IMG/VR virus record: IMGVR_UViG_3300008255_000325
Span: 1-31,504 of that record
Direction: 5' to 3' (one strand)
DNA: 31,504 bases
Origin: a virus
Lineage: Duplodnaviria; Caudoviricetes
Positions within the stretch are counted from its first letter, which is position 1, and each line of letters begins with the position of its first letter. A program made the position numbers and the translations under genes. The notes under the pieces were generated by a model, which saw nothing but the letters and a program-made list of their open reading frames with translations, was not told the DNA's origin and did no database searches. This document shows positions 17,881-25,863 of the stretch, piece by piece.

Positions 17881-17961
17881 CGACAAAAAAAGACGTCCCC
17901 GCTCGCGCGCGAGGACGTCTTTAAATTGTCGATTGATACTTACCTGTCGGCCAACAGGTAA
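17881..17961 (-). promoter_or_regulatory. Structured leader / terminator-like RNA upstream of the portal gene (motif copy 2)
   Basis: CGACAA/TTGTCG outer stem, 12-bp inner stem, palindromic apex CTCGCGCGCGAG, U7; preceded by hairpin 17940-17961. Confidence 0.65.
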
Positions 17962-18026
17962 AATTTTGAACTTATGTAAAGTTTTTATTATCTATATCTT
18001 AAATAGAAACATTTGCAAGATAAATA

Positions 18027-18308
18027 TCAATTTTCTTCAAAATCGCTCAGATCAAGTCCATAAGGATGCCAAACAAACTTTCCATCCATTTTAATAAGAT
18101 AAGTCTCCGCCGGATAATTCATCTTTGGTAAATTCCGTCCTCTCGACCAAAACCAATACTGATATCCATTAAGCGGCGCGTTATCTTTAGAGCAAATTTC
18201 TATATCTCCGCTGTATGCCTTATGACACTTGGGACAGTAAATTTTTTCTTTTACAGAACATCCTGAAAATAATATTAAACAGAAGATGGCACAGATAATC
18301 TTTCCCAC
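18027..18308 (-). CDS. Putative lipoprotein with zinc-ribbon-like Cys motif
   Basis: MGKIICAIFCLILFSG|C lipobox-like signal, then CPKC..CSKD; AAGGAGA RBS. Confidence 0.65.
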   Translation of the reverse strand: MGKIICAIFCLILFSGCSVKEKIYCPKCHKAYSGDIEICSKDNAPLNGYQYWFWSRGRNLPKMNYPAETYLIKMDGKFVWHPYGLDLSDFEEN

Positions 18309-19966
18309 GGATTTCTCCTTGATAATCTTCTTCGGTTTTCCATATCGGCAATGACCTCGCCATATGTCAATTTTTTATTCTCTATCAGCTCAGTAGAAGG
18401 GAGTTTTTTCTTGATTGTATCAATACGTTCTATAAAAGTCATGGCATCTATCAAATCGTCATGCTCACCGAAAGGAAATTTAAGAATTTCATATTCCATA
18501 TTTTCCGTCAAATCATAGTTTTTTCCGTCAAAGAAGCCGTGATTGACGATTCTCCCTTTAGCAGGCCAGAACCACTCATGGTTATCATATTGAGGCATTA
18601 GAGAGCGAACGCGATCTTCTTTCGCGCTTTGATGGCTCTTGATCTCAACAAGATCAAAGAAAAGCCTCTCTTGACGTCTTTTTTCCTCAAGATAAACACA
18701 GTCGGTTTCCTGAAAACCTATGGCTTCCCATCCACAACCCTTGATTTTCCATTTCTTTGCCAGTTCTATGGCCATATCAACTCTTTGTTTAGGGTTGAGC
18801 CTGTCTCTTATGCCATCTACGATAAATTTTAAAGTATCTCCTTTTTGATTCTTAACGATACCGATAATAAGAATTGCCGTGTAATCAGAGTGTTTCTTTT
18901 TGGCGGATGCCGGGTCGCAAAGCATGTAGTAATTGAGCTCAAGGGCGAGTTTATCCCAATATTGGATCATCCCTTGATTAAACTGCATACGGGAAGGGTC
19001 ATTAGGGTTTAACTCCATTTGGCAGTTGTAGACCCACGGCTGGATACTCTCTTTAATTTTTTGAATATCTAAAAGATCAAATCTCTCGGGGTGAGTCGGA
19101 ACTCCGTTAGTCGTCAAAGGAATCTTGATAACCTTCATCCCGGGTTCGTTTATTTTTTTATGGTAAAGATCGGCAAAGCTGTATCTGGTTCCTGAATAAT
19201 CCTGAATCTTGTATTTGGAATCCGCGAAGTGTCCCACATTGAACCTGTCGTCATAATCGGATGTCTTTTTGATCTGCTCTTCGGTATTGATTGAATCTTC
19301 AGTCACCATGTCATCTTTTTTGGCGATATCCCAGTGCTTACCTGTAATTTCAGTCCCTACCCCTATAGCTTCGATATTTTCTTCACTTCTGGCAATGTCA
19401 GTCTTGTTGGCAAGGCTAAAGCCGCTCAAATTTCCCCATTCCTTGCCCTGTGGGACGCACTCAGGAAAGAGCCTTCCGACTTCAGTACTTCTGAAATAGT
19501 TTTTAATCGTCATTAAGTTGTCCGAAGAATTGTCTTGTTTATTATGTAAAAGGCAAATACGAATATTCGGGAAGTTAAGAAGAAGCTGAAGACTATGAAC
19601 TTTTGTGACGATTGTGGATTTGAAAAAAGCGCGGTAACAAAGATAGATTCTCTGCCTTGCTAACTCATCAGGGCTATCGACAGCCTCATTGATTGAAAGC
19701 ATCCCTTCACTGGCGGGATGTATCCCACAGCGGACAATTTCAAAATTCTGGAGACTGACCTCATCACAGAAAGGTTCAAAGATCGAAGGAAGGTCTTTAA
19801 TTTTATGGTTTCCAGTTAAAGCGCAGAGGTAAAAAAGATCATTACGGCAAAGCCAGCGTTTCTTGTCAATAAGTAATTGAAAAGCTACCCGGTCATTACT
19901 GGCGGAACGGATAGCTTCATTGAATCTCTTTACTCTTTTATTGATTGATTCTCTAATTTTTAACAT
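18275..19966 (-). CDS. terL: Terminase large subunit
   Basis: Deviant Walker A YRAFFKST, Walker B region GKHWDIAKKDDMV, coupling motif GTRY, RNase H-like nuclease CDPA ... HDDLIDA. Confidence 0.93.
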   Translation of the reverse strand: MLKIRESINKRVKRFNEAIRSASNDRVAFQLLIDKKRWLCRNDLFYLCALTGNHKIKDLPSIFEPFCDEVSLQNFEIVRCGIHPASEGMLSINEAVDSPDELARQRIYLCYRAFFKSTIVTKVHSLQLLLNFPNIRICLLHNKQDNSSDNLMTIKNYFRSTEVGRLFPECVPQGKEWGNLSGFSLANKTDIARSEENIEAIGVGTEITGKHWDIAKKDDMVTEDSINTEEQIKKTSDYDDRFNVGHFADSKYKIQDYSGTRYSFADLYHKKINEPGMKVIKIPLTTNGVPTHPERFDLLDIQKIKESIQPWVYNCQMELNPNDPSRMQFNQGMIQYWDKLALELNYYMLCDPASAKKKHSDYTAILIIGIVKNQKGDTLKFIVDGIRDRLNPKQRVDMAIELAKKWKIKGCGWEAIGFQETDCVYLEEKRRQERLFFDLVEIKSHQSAKEDRVRSLMPQYDNHEWFWPAKGRIVNHGFFDGKNYDLTENMEYEILKFPFGEHDDLIDAMTFIERIDTIKKKLPSTELIENKKLTYGEVIADMENRRRLSRRNPWERLSVPSSV

Positions 19967-20016
19967 GGCTGTCGCCAGCTAGGGGCGGAGGTTAAAAAAG
20001 ATTCAAACTAAATCTT

Positions 20017-20235
20017 TCATACTTTTATCCCGCAAACATCAATCTTATACCTGTTAATTTCAATCCTTGCCACACTAGAGGGATGAATGATTACTAATCT
20101 ATCATCTTCACACTTAAAAACCCAGCCTATCGCTATGGGGCCGGATTCTACGTATTCTAAATGCTCTACAGAGCCATTTCTATGAGTAATGTCAGCGTAG
20201 CCTATGACTTGTTTTGTAAGACGACCGTTTTCCAT
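20017..20235 (-). CDS. Hypothetical protein
   Basis: 72 aa ORF in operon direction. Confidence 0.55.
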   Translation of the reverse strand: MENGRLTKQVIGYADITHRNGSVEHLEYVESGPIAIGWVFKCEDDRLVIIHPSSVARIEINRYKIDVCGIKV

Positions 20236-20307
20236 TATGTTTCACTCAACAAGTTTTTCTCGACTTAATTTCATTTTTTTTATATAAAATTTTTTAGAAT
20301 CTTGTCT

Positions 20308-20451
20308 TTATGGTTCTTTAGTTTTCATTTCCTGTAATTTTTTTATAAGAGAAATAACTCCATATTCATTTTTAACAAAATCATCGCCCATTCGTAACTC
20401 GTCATCTGTTAATGGATACTTTTTAAGTAATCTTAAAACTTTATTTTTCAT
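20308..20451 (-). CDS. 47-aa hypothetical protein
   Basis: Translated by hand: MKNKVLRLLKKYPLTDDELRMGDDFVKNEYGVISLIKKLQEMKTKEP; weak RBS. Confidence 0.35.
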   Translation of the reverse strand: MKNKVLRLLKKYPLTDDELRMGDDFVKNEYGVISLIKKLQEMKTKEP

Positions 20452-20651
20452 AGAATTTTGTAGAGTTAGTGGAATGGAGAGGAGATAACCATACCCATCC
20501 CCTATAGTGAACTCCGTTACCCTTAGACAACCCTGTCAATCCATTATATCAAACTATAATGTAATCAATACAATACAACTATCTCAATAATTCTACGTTA
20601 ATTTTATCTTTCCTTCTTCACTCTTCCCTATATATGGGGGGGTTCTCTTCT

Positions 20652-20924
20652 CTATATAAGGGGTTCGCTGGATTGCTCTATTGCTAACACTTTGCTTCTG
20701 ATATTCTCCAATTCAATTTTATCTGTGTCATTGAGTGATATTCCGCCAATAACAACAATTTGATTTTTTTCCTGAGGAATTGATCTTTCAACAAGGCGTA
20801 AACTTATTTCTTGTTTTTTCTCCTCGGGAACATCTCTGGATCTCATCATCCGTTGTATCGTTTGCCATGCTAAATTTAAAACGTCATCCCTGAGTGCTAC
20901 CTCTCTCGATGTTAATCGTCCCAT
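20652..20924 (-). CDS. Candidate terminase small subunit
   Basis: First gene of the packaging arm; small helical protein with a C-terminal beta-like segment; positional inference only. Confidence 0.45.
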   Translation of the reverse strand: MGRLTSREVALRDDVLNLAWQTIQRMMRSRDVPEEKKQEISLRLVERSIPQEKNQIVVIGGISLNDTDKIELENIRSKVLAIEQSSEPLI

Positions 20925-21218
20925 ATTTCTCTAATATGTAGTTCTAATTATTTATTAAGCGTCGATCAAAAAAATGTCCGCTCACCGTGTAATATCATAT
21001 TAACCTAGCTGTAATGTATATATTTTTATACACTATTCCAAAAAAGTCAACACTTATTATTTGCTGTAATCGCTTTCTTAAGATTTTCTTCATAATCCAC
21101 ACATATGCACGGATAAAATATTGCCCCAGGATGCCCAACAGTGCCCCTAATATTGCCGGGTAGGGGTAAAGTATGGGTCCAATATCACACAATAACGCAA
21201 TATATTATATAATAATCA

Positions 21219-21246
21219 TTGACAACGTAATATAATATGATATATT
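21219..21246 (+). promoter_or_regulatory. Early sigma70-like promoter
   Basis: TTGACA-16 nt-TATATT with TGn extension in an AT-rich divergent intergenic region. Confidence 0.7.
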
Positions 21247-21294
21247 ATTAACAGATCAGAGACAATCACGTCGCTGATAACAGGAGATGACCAA

Positions 21295-22110
21295 ATGAAA
21301 ATTATATTAATTGACGACGGTTACAAAACCTACCACGCGATAAAATATTTCCCGTGGACGGGGGAAACCTGCGAAACGCCCTGGGGAATCGCCGCGTATA
21401 CCGGCACTGCGGAACGAAATATTAAACCCTCGACGGGACGAATCGGCGGTTGGTTCGGAACGCCTAACGGGCGAACGTGGAGCCAAATTTTTCCGATTGA
21501 AATTTCACAACACAAAAATCCGGATTACGATATAAACGCGCAGGACGTGTATGCGGTTAACGAAAAATTCGGCGGCGGATACGTATCGTACGGACGGCAC
21601 GATTTTGGCCCATACCGTCCGTGTCCGTTTGGGGATCTGCTGGAACGCAGAATTTCAAATTGTGAGGCCGATTTTACCGGATGTTTGCCGGATTCTGTTT
21701 CTAAAAAAATAGTTGTTGACGGAACCGTATTTTGTTTTGATTTGATCGTCGGCTGGGCGGATATTTTTAGCGGCGGAAAATTCACATACAAAAAAACTGA
21801 ATCAGAAATCGGCAGACGGGACGAATTGGAAATTCCAGGGTGTATTTTGTTCAAATTTGGCTGGAATTATAAAAATCGCAGAAATAGCATTTTTGAAATT
21901 CGGCGTGAACAAATATTTTTAAATGAAAATCTTTTCGCGCAGCGGATTATTCCAAAACGCTGTGTTGAGGAAAAAATAAACTACGAAATCTGTGAAAATT
22001 GTGAAACTGAATTTGAATCGCATGGAAATAAAATTTGTAAAATTTGTGAATTGATAGGGCGCGATCCTGACGGCAATAAAACTATCTGGTCTGTCGGAGG
22101 TGAACGGTGA
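21295..22110 (+). CDS. Hypothetical early protein with C-terminal CxxC-CxxC finger
   Basis: 271 aa; ACAGGAG RBS; CENC...CKIC. Confidence 0.75.
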   Translation: MKIILIDDGYKTYHAIKYFPWTGETCETPWGIAAYTGTAERNIKPSTGRIGGWFGTPNGRTWSQIFPIEISQHKNPDYDINAQDVYAVNEKFGGGYVSYGRHDFGPYRPCPFGDLLERRISNCEADFTGCLPDSVSKKIVVDGTVFCFDLIVGWADIFSGGKFTYKKTESEIGRRDELEIPGCILFKFGWNYKNRRNSIFEIRREQIFLNENLFAQRIIPKRCVEEKINYEICENCETEFESHGNKICKICELIGRDPDGNKTIWSVGGER

Positions 22111-22113
22111 ACA

Positions 22114-22230
22114 ATGCATCAATTCGCGTCCCTGATGATCGGCCACGCGCGTAATTGGCTGACCGAAAATCAGAGGATAACAGGAGGACGAAATGATAAT
22201 CATGGAAAATACAAAACAACAGATCAATAA
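22114..22230 (+). CDS. 38-aa micropeptide (paralog A)
   Basis: GGAGGTGA RBS; MHQFASLMIGHARNWL...; codon-level similarity to 22996-23100. Confidence 0.5.
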   Translation: MHQFASLMIGHARNWLTENQRITGGRNDNHGKYKTTDQ

Positions 22231-22621
22231 ATCGCGCGACGTAGCCGACATCATGGCAATAATTTACCGCGACAGATTGCCGGAGGATCAGGGACGCGAA
22301 TTCGTCTATACCGTCGGCCTCGACAGCAAAAACCGAATCATCTACATCAACCTCGACGCGATGGGAACGGTCAATTTCGCGGTACCGATCGTGCGGGAAA
22401 TTATGCGGATGGCCATTTTGCGCGACGTCACCGCGTTGATTGCCGTGCATAACCATCCGTCCGGCGATGTCCGGCCCAGCAGCGATGACCGGATGTTCAC
22501 CAAGCGCCTGCGGGAGGCCGGGGACATTTTGCAGATCAAAATCCTCGATCATGTCATAATTCCGACGGGCGAGGAAAACGGGGAAATTTATTCGTTTCGA
22601 GAATCGGAAAACTGGAGTTAA
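22193..22621 (+). CDS. radC: RadC-family JAB domain protein (stand-alone)
   Basis: E..., HNHPSGD..PS..D and LDHVII motifs. Confidence 0.92.
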   Translation: MIIMENTKQQINKSRDVADIMAIIYRDRLPEDQGREFVYTVGLDSKNRIIYINLDAMGTVNFAVPIVREIMRMAILRDVTALIAVHNHPSGDVRPSSDDRMFTKRLREAGDILQIKILDHVIIPTGEENGEIYSFRESENWS

Positions 22622-22655
22622 ACCGCGCCTCACGGCGCTTAACAGGAGGACCAAA

Positions 22656-23003
22656 ATGGAAAAAATGGACAAACAAATCTCAAAAGACATACGAGGGGCA
22701 ATTGTAACAATCGACATCACTAGCAGTCCAACGGACATAATGTTGCGGATATGTATCAATCTTAATAAGCTAGATCAGATGTTACCTGACCATAGTCCGC
22801 ATGGACTGATACACTACATCAACTTGCCGCAATATGAGACGGGGCAATCTTATTGGTGGGAGCGTATATATCGCACAGTCAACGTTAAGACAGGATCACA
22901 AGCACAACGTGTAATCAATAATGCTTACACTAAGATTGATGATGCAATAGCGCTAGCGCTCTTACAACGAGATAGCAGATTAGTTGAGGTGGCTAATGTC
23001 TAA
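22656..23003 (+). CDS. Hypothetical protein
   Basis: 115 aa; ACAGGAGG RBS. Confidence 0.7.
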   Translation: MEKMDKQISKDIRGAIVTIDITSSPTDIMLRICINLNKLDQMLPDHSPHGLIHYINLPQYETGQSYWWERIYRTVNVKTGSQAQRVINNAYTKIDDAIALALLQRDSRLVEVANV

Positions 23004-23100
23004 TCTTAACGCATCCCTGATCATCGGTCACGCACAGGACTGGTTGCGCGGCAAAATATCCGCCGGGGAGATCAACGTCCCCCGGCTGGAATGTAGTTAA
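22996..23100 (+). CDS. 34-aa micropeptide (paralog B)
   Basis: GAGGTGG RBS; MSNLNASLIIGHAQDWLRGKISAGEINVPRLECS. Confidence 0.55.
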   Translation: MSNLNASLIIGHAQDWLRGKISAGEINVPRLECS

Positions 23101-23141
23101 GGTTATTTTTAAAATAAATTAACCAAAAAGGAGCGTTTAAA

Positions 23142-23327
23142 ATGACCAGAGAAAACACAGTATCCGCCGGCGAAATATCCGTCGACGCGAAAGAAAAACT
23201 CAAACAAATTGCCTACGAATCGCGAATGAGCCAACGTGAGATATTGGAGAATTTTATCAAAAACGTCAAAATCGTGCCGTCGCGCCCGAACGTTAAATTG
23301 GAGGAAATATCCGTTGAAATAAAATAA
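23142..23327 (+). CDS. Ribbon-helix-helix-like DNA-binding protein
   Basis: ISVDAKEKLKQIAYESRMSQREILENFI fits the CopG/Arc pattern; AAGGAG RBS. Confidence 0.65.
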   Translation: MTRENTVSAGEISVDAKEKLKQIAYESRMSQREILENFIKNVKIVPSRPNVKLEEISVEIK

Positions 23328-23334
23328 AAAAAAC

Positions 23335-23362
23335 TTGATTTTTAAAAATGTTTTGATATCAT
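23335..23362 (+). promoter_or_regulatory. Promoter for the replication operon
   Basis: TTGATT-16 nt-TATCAT with TGn extension, A-tract upstream. Confidence 0.6.
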
Positions 23363-23369
23363 TCAAAAC

Positions 23370-23503
23370 ATGAGAAGCGGAAAGAGAATCGGAATTTCAA
23401 TTAAAGCGACGGGAAAATAATCTCCCGTCGCTTTTATTTTGCTCAAACCTCTTGACACCGCTTCTCAGCGCAGGGAATAAAATCTCTGGTCAATGTTTGA
23501 GCA
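23370..23503 (+). promoter_or_regulatory. Attenuator-like leader with 16-aa uORF and terminator hairpin
   Basis: uORF 23370-23420; 12-bp hairpin 23403-23434 followed by TATTTT; stems 23371-80/23458-67 and 23440-48/23495-503. Confidence 0.65.
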
Positions 23504-23530
23504 TTTTTGTTTTTTGTTTTTGGAGTAAAA

Positions 23531-24262
23531 ATGAAAGAGACCTATTACTTTCTCCACGATTACCACGCTCGCCACGATTTCAAAATTGAAAAATTATTGA
23601 TGGAAAAAGGTTTGGAGGGCATCGGCGCTTATTGGTGTATTGTGGAAATGCTTTACGAAAATAATGGATATTTGGAGTTTGATTACGATGGCATTGCGAT
23701 GGCATTGCGAACAAATAAACCACTTATAAACGACCTGATCGAAAAATATAAGCTTTTTGAAAATGACGGAACTAAAATATGGTCAAACAGTGTTTTAAGG
23801 CGATTAGAAGAAAGACGGTTAAAATCAGAAAAGGCAAGGACTTCCGCAAATAATCGATGGAATAAAAATGCGAACGCAATGCGAACGCAATGCGATGGCA
23901 ATGCTATAAAGGAAAGGAAAGGAAAGGAAAAGAAAGTAAATATAAAAGCTTATGTGGACTTTGAAAAGTCCACCATGACCAGTTGGAATTCATTTTGTGA
24001 TAAATTTCCAATTCTTTCAAATATTCAAGAAATTTCAGATAAACGCCGACTAAAGCTTAAAAAACGTTTTGAAACAAAATCATTCCAAGATTTTCAAACA
24101 ATTCTCGCGGCAATTGAAAAGCAACAATTCCTTTTGGGTAAAAACGATCGAGGTTGGAAAATTTCTTTTGATTGGTTGATTGAGAACGACACTAACTATC
24201 TCAAGGTTTTGGAAAATAAATATATTCAAACTGTTGAAAATAAATCCAGGAGATTGGTCTGA
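23531..24262 (+). CDS. Replication initiator (DUF4373 / Lin1244-like N-terminal domain)
   Basis: YFLHD..A..D.KI..L....G..G.G.YW.IVE.LY; C-terminal GWKISFDWLI; GGAG RBS; coupled to the helicase gene. Confidence 0.85.
   Translation: MKETYYFLHDYHARHDFKIEKLLMEKGLEGIGAYWCIVEMLYENNGYLEFDYDGIAMALRTNKPLINDLIEKYKLFENDGTKIWSNSVLRRLEERRLKSEKARTSANNRWNKNANAMRTQCDGNAIKERKGKEKKVNIKAYVDFEKSTMTSWNSFCDKFPILSNIQEISDKRRLKLKKRFETKSFQDFQTILAAIEKQQFLLGKNDRGWKISFDWLIENDTNYLKVLENKYIQTVENKSRRLV
23686..23940. repeat. Iteron-like repeats; probable replication origin inside the initiator gene
   Basis: 11-bp units CGATGGCATTG x2 (23686-23707), CGAACGCAATG x2 plus CGATGGCAATG (23871-23903), then a (GGAAA)4 purine tract. 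Confidence 0.7.
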
Positions 24263-25338
24263 TGGAATTTCAAACATGGGGAGAGTTGGCTCCCAAAGAA
24301 AGGGCGGAAAGAGAAAATATAAAAACAGGCGATCTTTGTACTTTCGGGATAAGCGTCTTAGATCACGCTTTAAAATGTATTTTACCGCATGATCTTATTG
24401 TTATCGGAGGTGATAGCGGGACCGGGAAATCAACGCTTAGCCTTTCCATTGCGAGCCACAACGCGAAAAACGGAAAACAAGTGGCTGTGTTTTATCTTGA
24501 AGGCGGGCACAATGAGGCTATCCGTCGAATGAAATGGAGAATGATTTGCGATGAGTATTATAAAAACAAACCAGCATACGGTTATATCGACATGGATTAT
24601 TTGTTATGGAGCGTTAATGATCCTTCACTCGCGTCTTTGAAACCAGTTGAAAATTCTGTTGATAAAAATCTTAACGCTCTTTTCCGTGATAATCTTTCAA
24701 TCTATAACATTACACCTTCTCGCGGTGATGATAAAAATATCGTCGGATATAAAAAAATATATGAAAGCCTTGTTAATTTCTTTGACGGAACGGAATTCGG
24801 CAAAATAAAATTCAACCTTGATTTACTTATTATTGACCATTTGCATTATTTTGATTTCGAAGACGGAACACGGGCAACGGAGGCTGAAAAAATTTCCAAA
24901 GCCATACGTTCGTGTAAGGAAATTTCTGATATTCACGAAATCCCCGTGATTCTGGTTAGTCATTTACGCAAAAAAACAAAAGAAAGAGGGTTGCCTGATC
25001 AGGAAGATTTTCACGGCTCAAGCAACATTCCGAAAATAGCCACGGAAGCGATTATATTATCACCTTGTTACAGTCTGCAGGACAACGTAAACTTTCAATA
25101 TCCGACGTTTTTCAGATTTGTTAAAAGCCGGCGCGGCCTGAAATCAAATTACGCGGCACTAATAAATTTTGATTTAACCGCCAACGAATACGCAAAAGAT
25201 TATAAAATTTACCCAATATCAAATGATGGGTTCGCCGCGGATAAGGAACTTGAGTGGTATAAATGTCCTAAATGGGCGAAAAGAGCGAATGATGCCGGAT
25301 GGAAAACAGAAGGAGATATAAATGAAGATCGCATTTGA
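24262..25338 (+). CDS. dnaB: DnaB-like (SF4) replicative helicase
   Basis: Walker A GGDSGTGKS, YLE, LLIIDHLH, VILVSHLRK, GSSNI, KSRRG. Confidence 0.88.
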   Translation: MEFQTWGELAPKERAERENIKTGDLCTFGISVLDHALKCILPHDLIVIGGDSGTGKSTLSLSIASHNAKNGKQVAVFYLEGGHNEAIRRMKWRMICDEYYKNKPAYGYIDMDYLLWSVNDPSLASLKPVENSVDKNLNALFRDNLSIYNITPSRGDDKNIVGYKKIYESLVNFFDGTEFGKIKFNLDLLIIDHLHYFDFEDGTRATEAEKISKAIRSCKEISDIHEIPVILVSHLRKKTKERGLPDQEDFHGSSNIPKIATEAIILSPCYSLQDNVNFQYPTFFRFVKSRRGLKSNYAALINFDLTANEYAKDYKIYPISNDGFAADKELEWYKCPKWAKRANDAGWKTEGDINEDRI

Positions 25339-25552
25339 AGACTTTTCAAAATTTCAAAAAGTGTTATTGGAAAGAACGGAAGACAATCAGGCAACCGTAA
25401 ATCTTAAAGAATATCTTGACGAAATAATCGACTGCAGTGGAAATAGATGGAAAAAATATTACTCGATAAAAAAAATTCTTGGTTGTTGCGTGCTTGATTT
25501 CGTTCAATACCACAGATGGATTGATTATGTGACCGAAAGGCTGGATATTTGA
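25322..25552 (+). CDS. Hypothetical protein
   Basis: 76 aa; AAGGAGA RBS. Confidence 0.65.
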   Translation: MKIAFEDFSKFQKVLLERTEDNQATVNLKEYLDEIIDCSGNRWKKYYSIKKILGCCVLDFVQYHRWIDYVTERLDI

Positions 25553-25664
25553 GTGGACAAAAAAACTTGGCAGAAAAAACACGACATGACGGACGCGGAT
25601 ATGGCGATGCTGACGGAAATTTTGCGGTTCTTTAACGGCAAAATAATAAATGTGAAATAAGTTC

Positions 25665-25693
25665 TTGACAAAATTAGTGTGTGAGTGTATGCT
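25665..25693 (+). promoter_or_regulatory. Sigma70-like promoter
   Basis: TTGACA-17 nt-TATGCT. Confidence 0.7.
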
Positions 25694-25723
25694 TTTTTTA
25701 CCACCCAAAAAAAAGGAAATAAA

Positions 25724-25858
25724 ATGTTTACAAAACCTCAATGTCCCGACTGTGGTAGTTATCAGTCACTATTTTTAAAAAGAAAAAACAAATGCCAATG
25801 CCGCTATTGTGGCCGTGAGTACGAGTCGCCAAACAAGATCAAAAAACCAAAAAAATGA
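25724..25858 (+). CDS. 44-aa zinc-ribbon protein
   Basis: Below the track cutoff; AAGGA RBS; CPDCGS...CRYCG, basic tail. Confidence 0.7.
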   Translation: MFTKPQCPDCGSYQSLFLKRKNKCQCRYCGREYESPNKIKKPKK

Positions 25859-25863
25859 CCTTA

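Noticed and set aside
20511-20539. Minus-strand promoter from TTGACA at 20534-20539
   Set aside because: No acceptable -10 at 16-18 nt spacing
22127-22193. Hammerhead ribozyme (CTGATGA...stem...GAAA)
   Set aside because: Stem II is not closed directly against GAAA, and I found no stem III with an NUH cleavage triplet. The second copy at 23011 reads CTGATCA, and the differences between copies are mostly synonymous, favouring a peptide. An Infernal search would settle it.
22082-22759. 225-aa minus-strand ORF
   Set aside because: Antisense shadow of the GC-rich radC gene; no recognisable motifs
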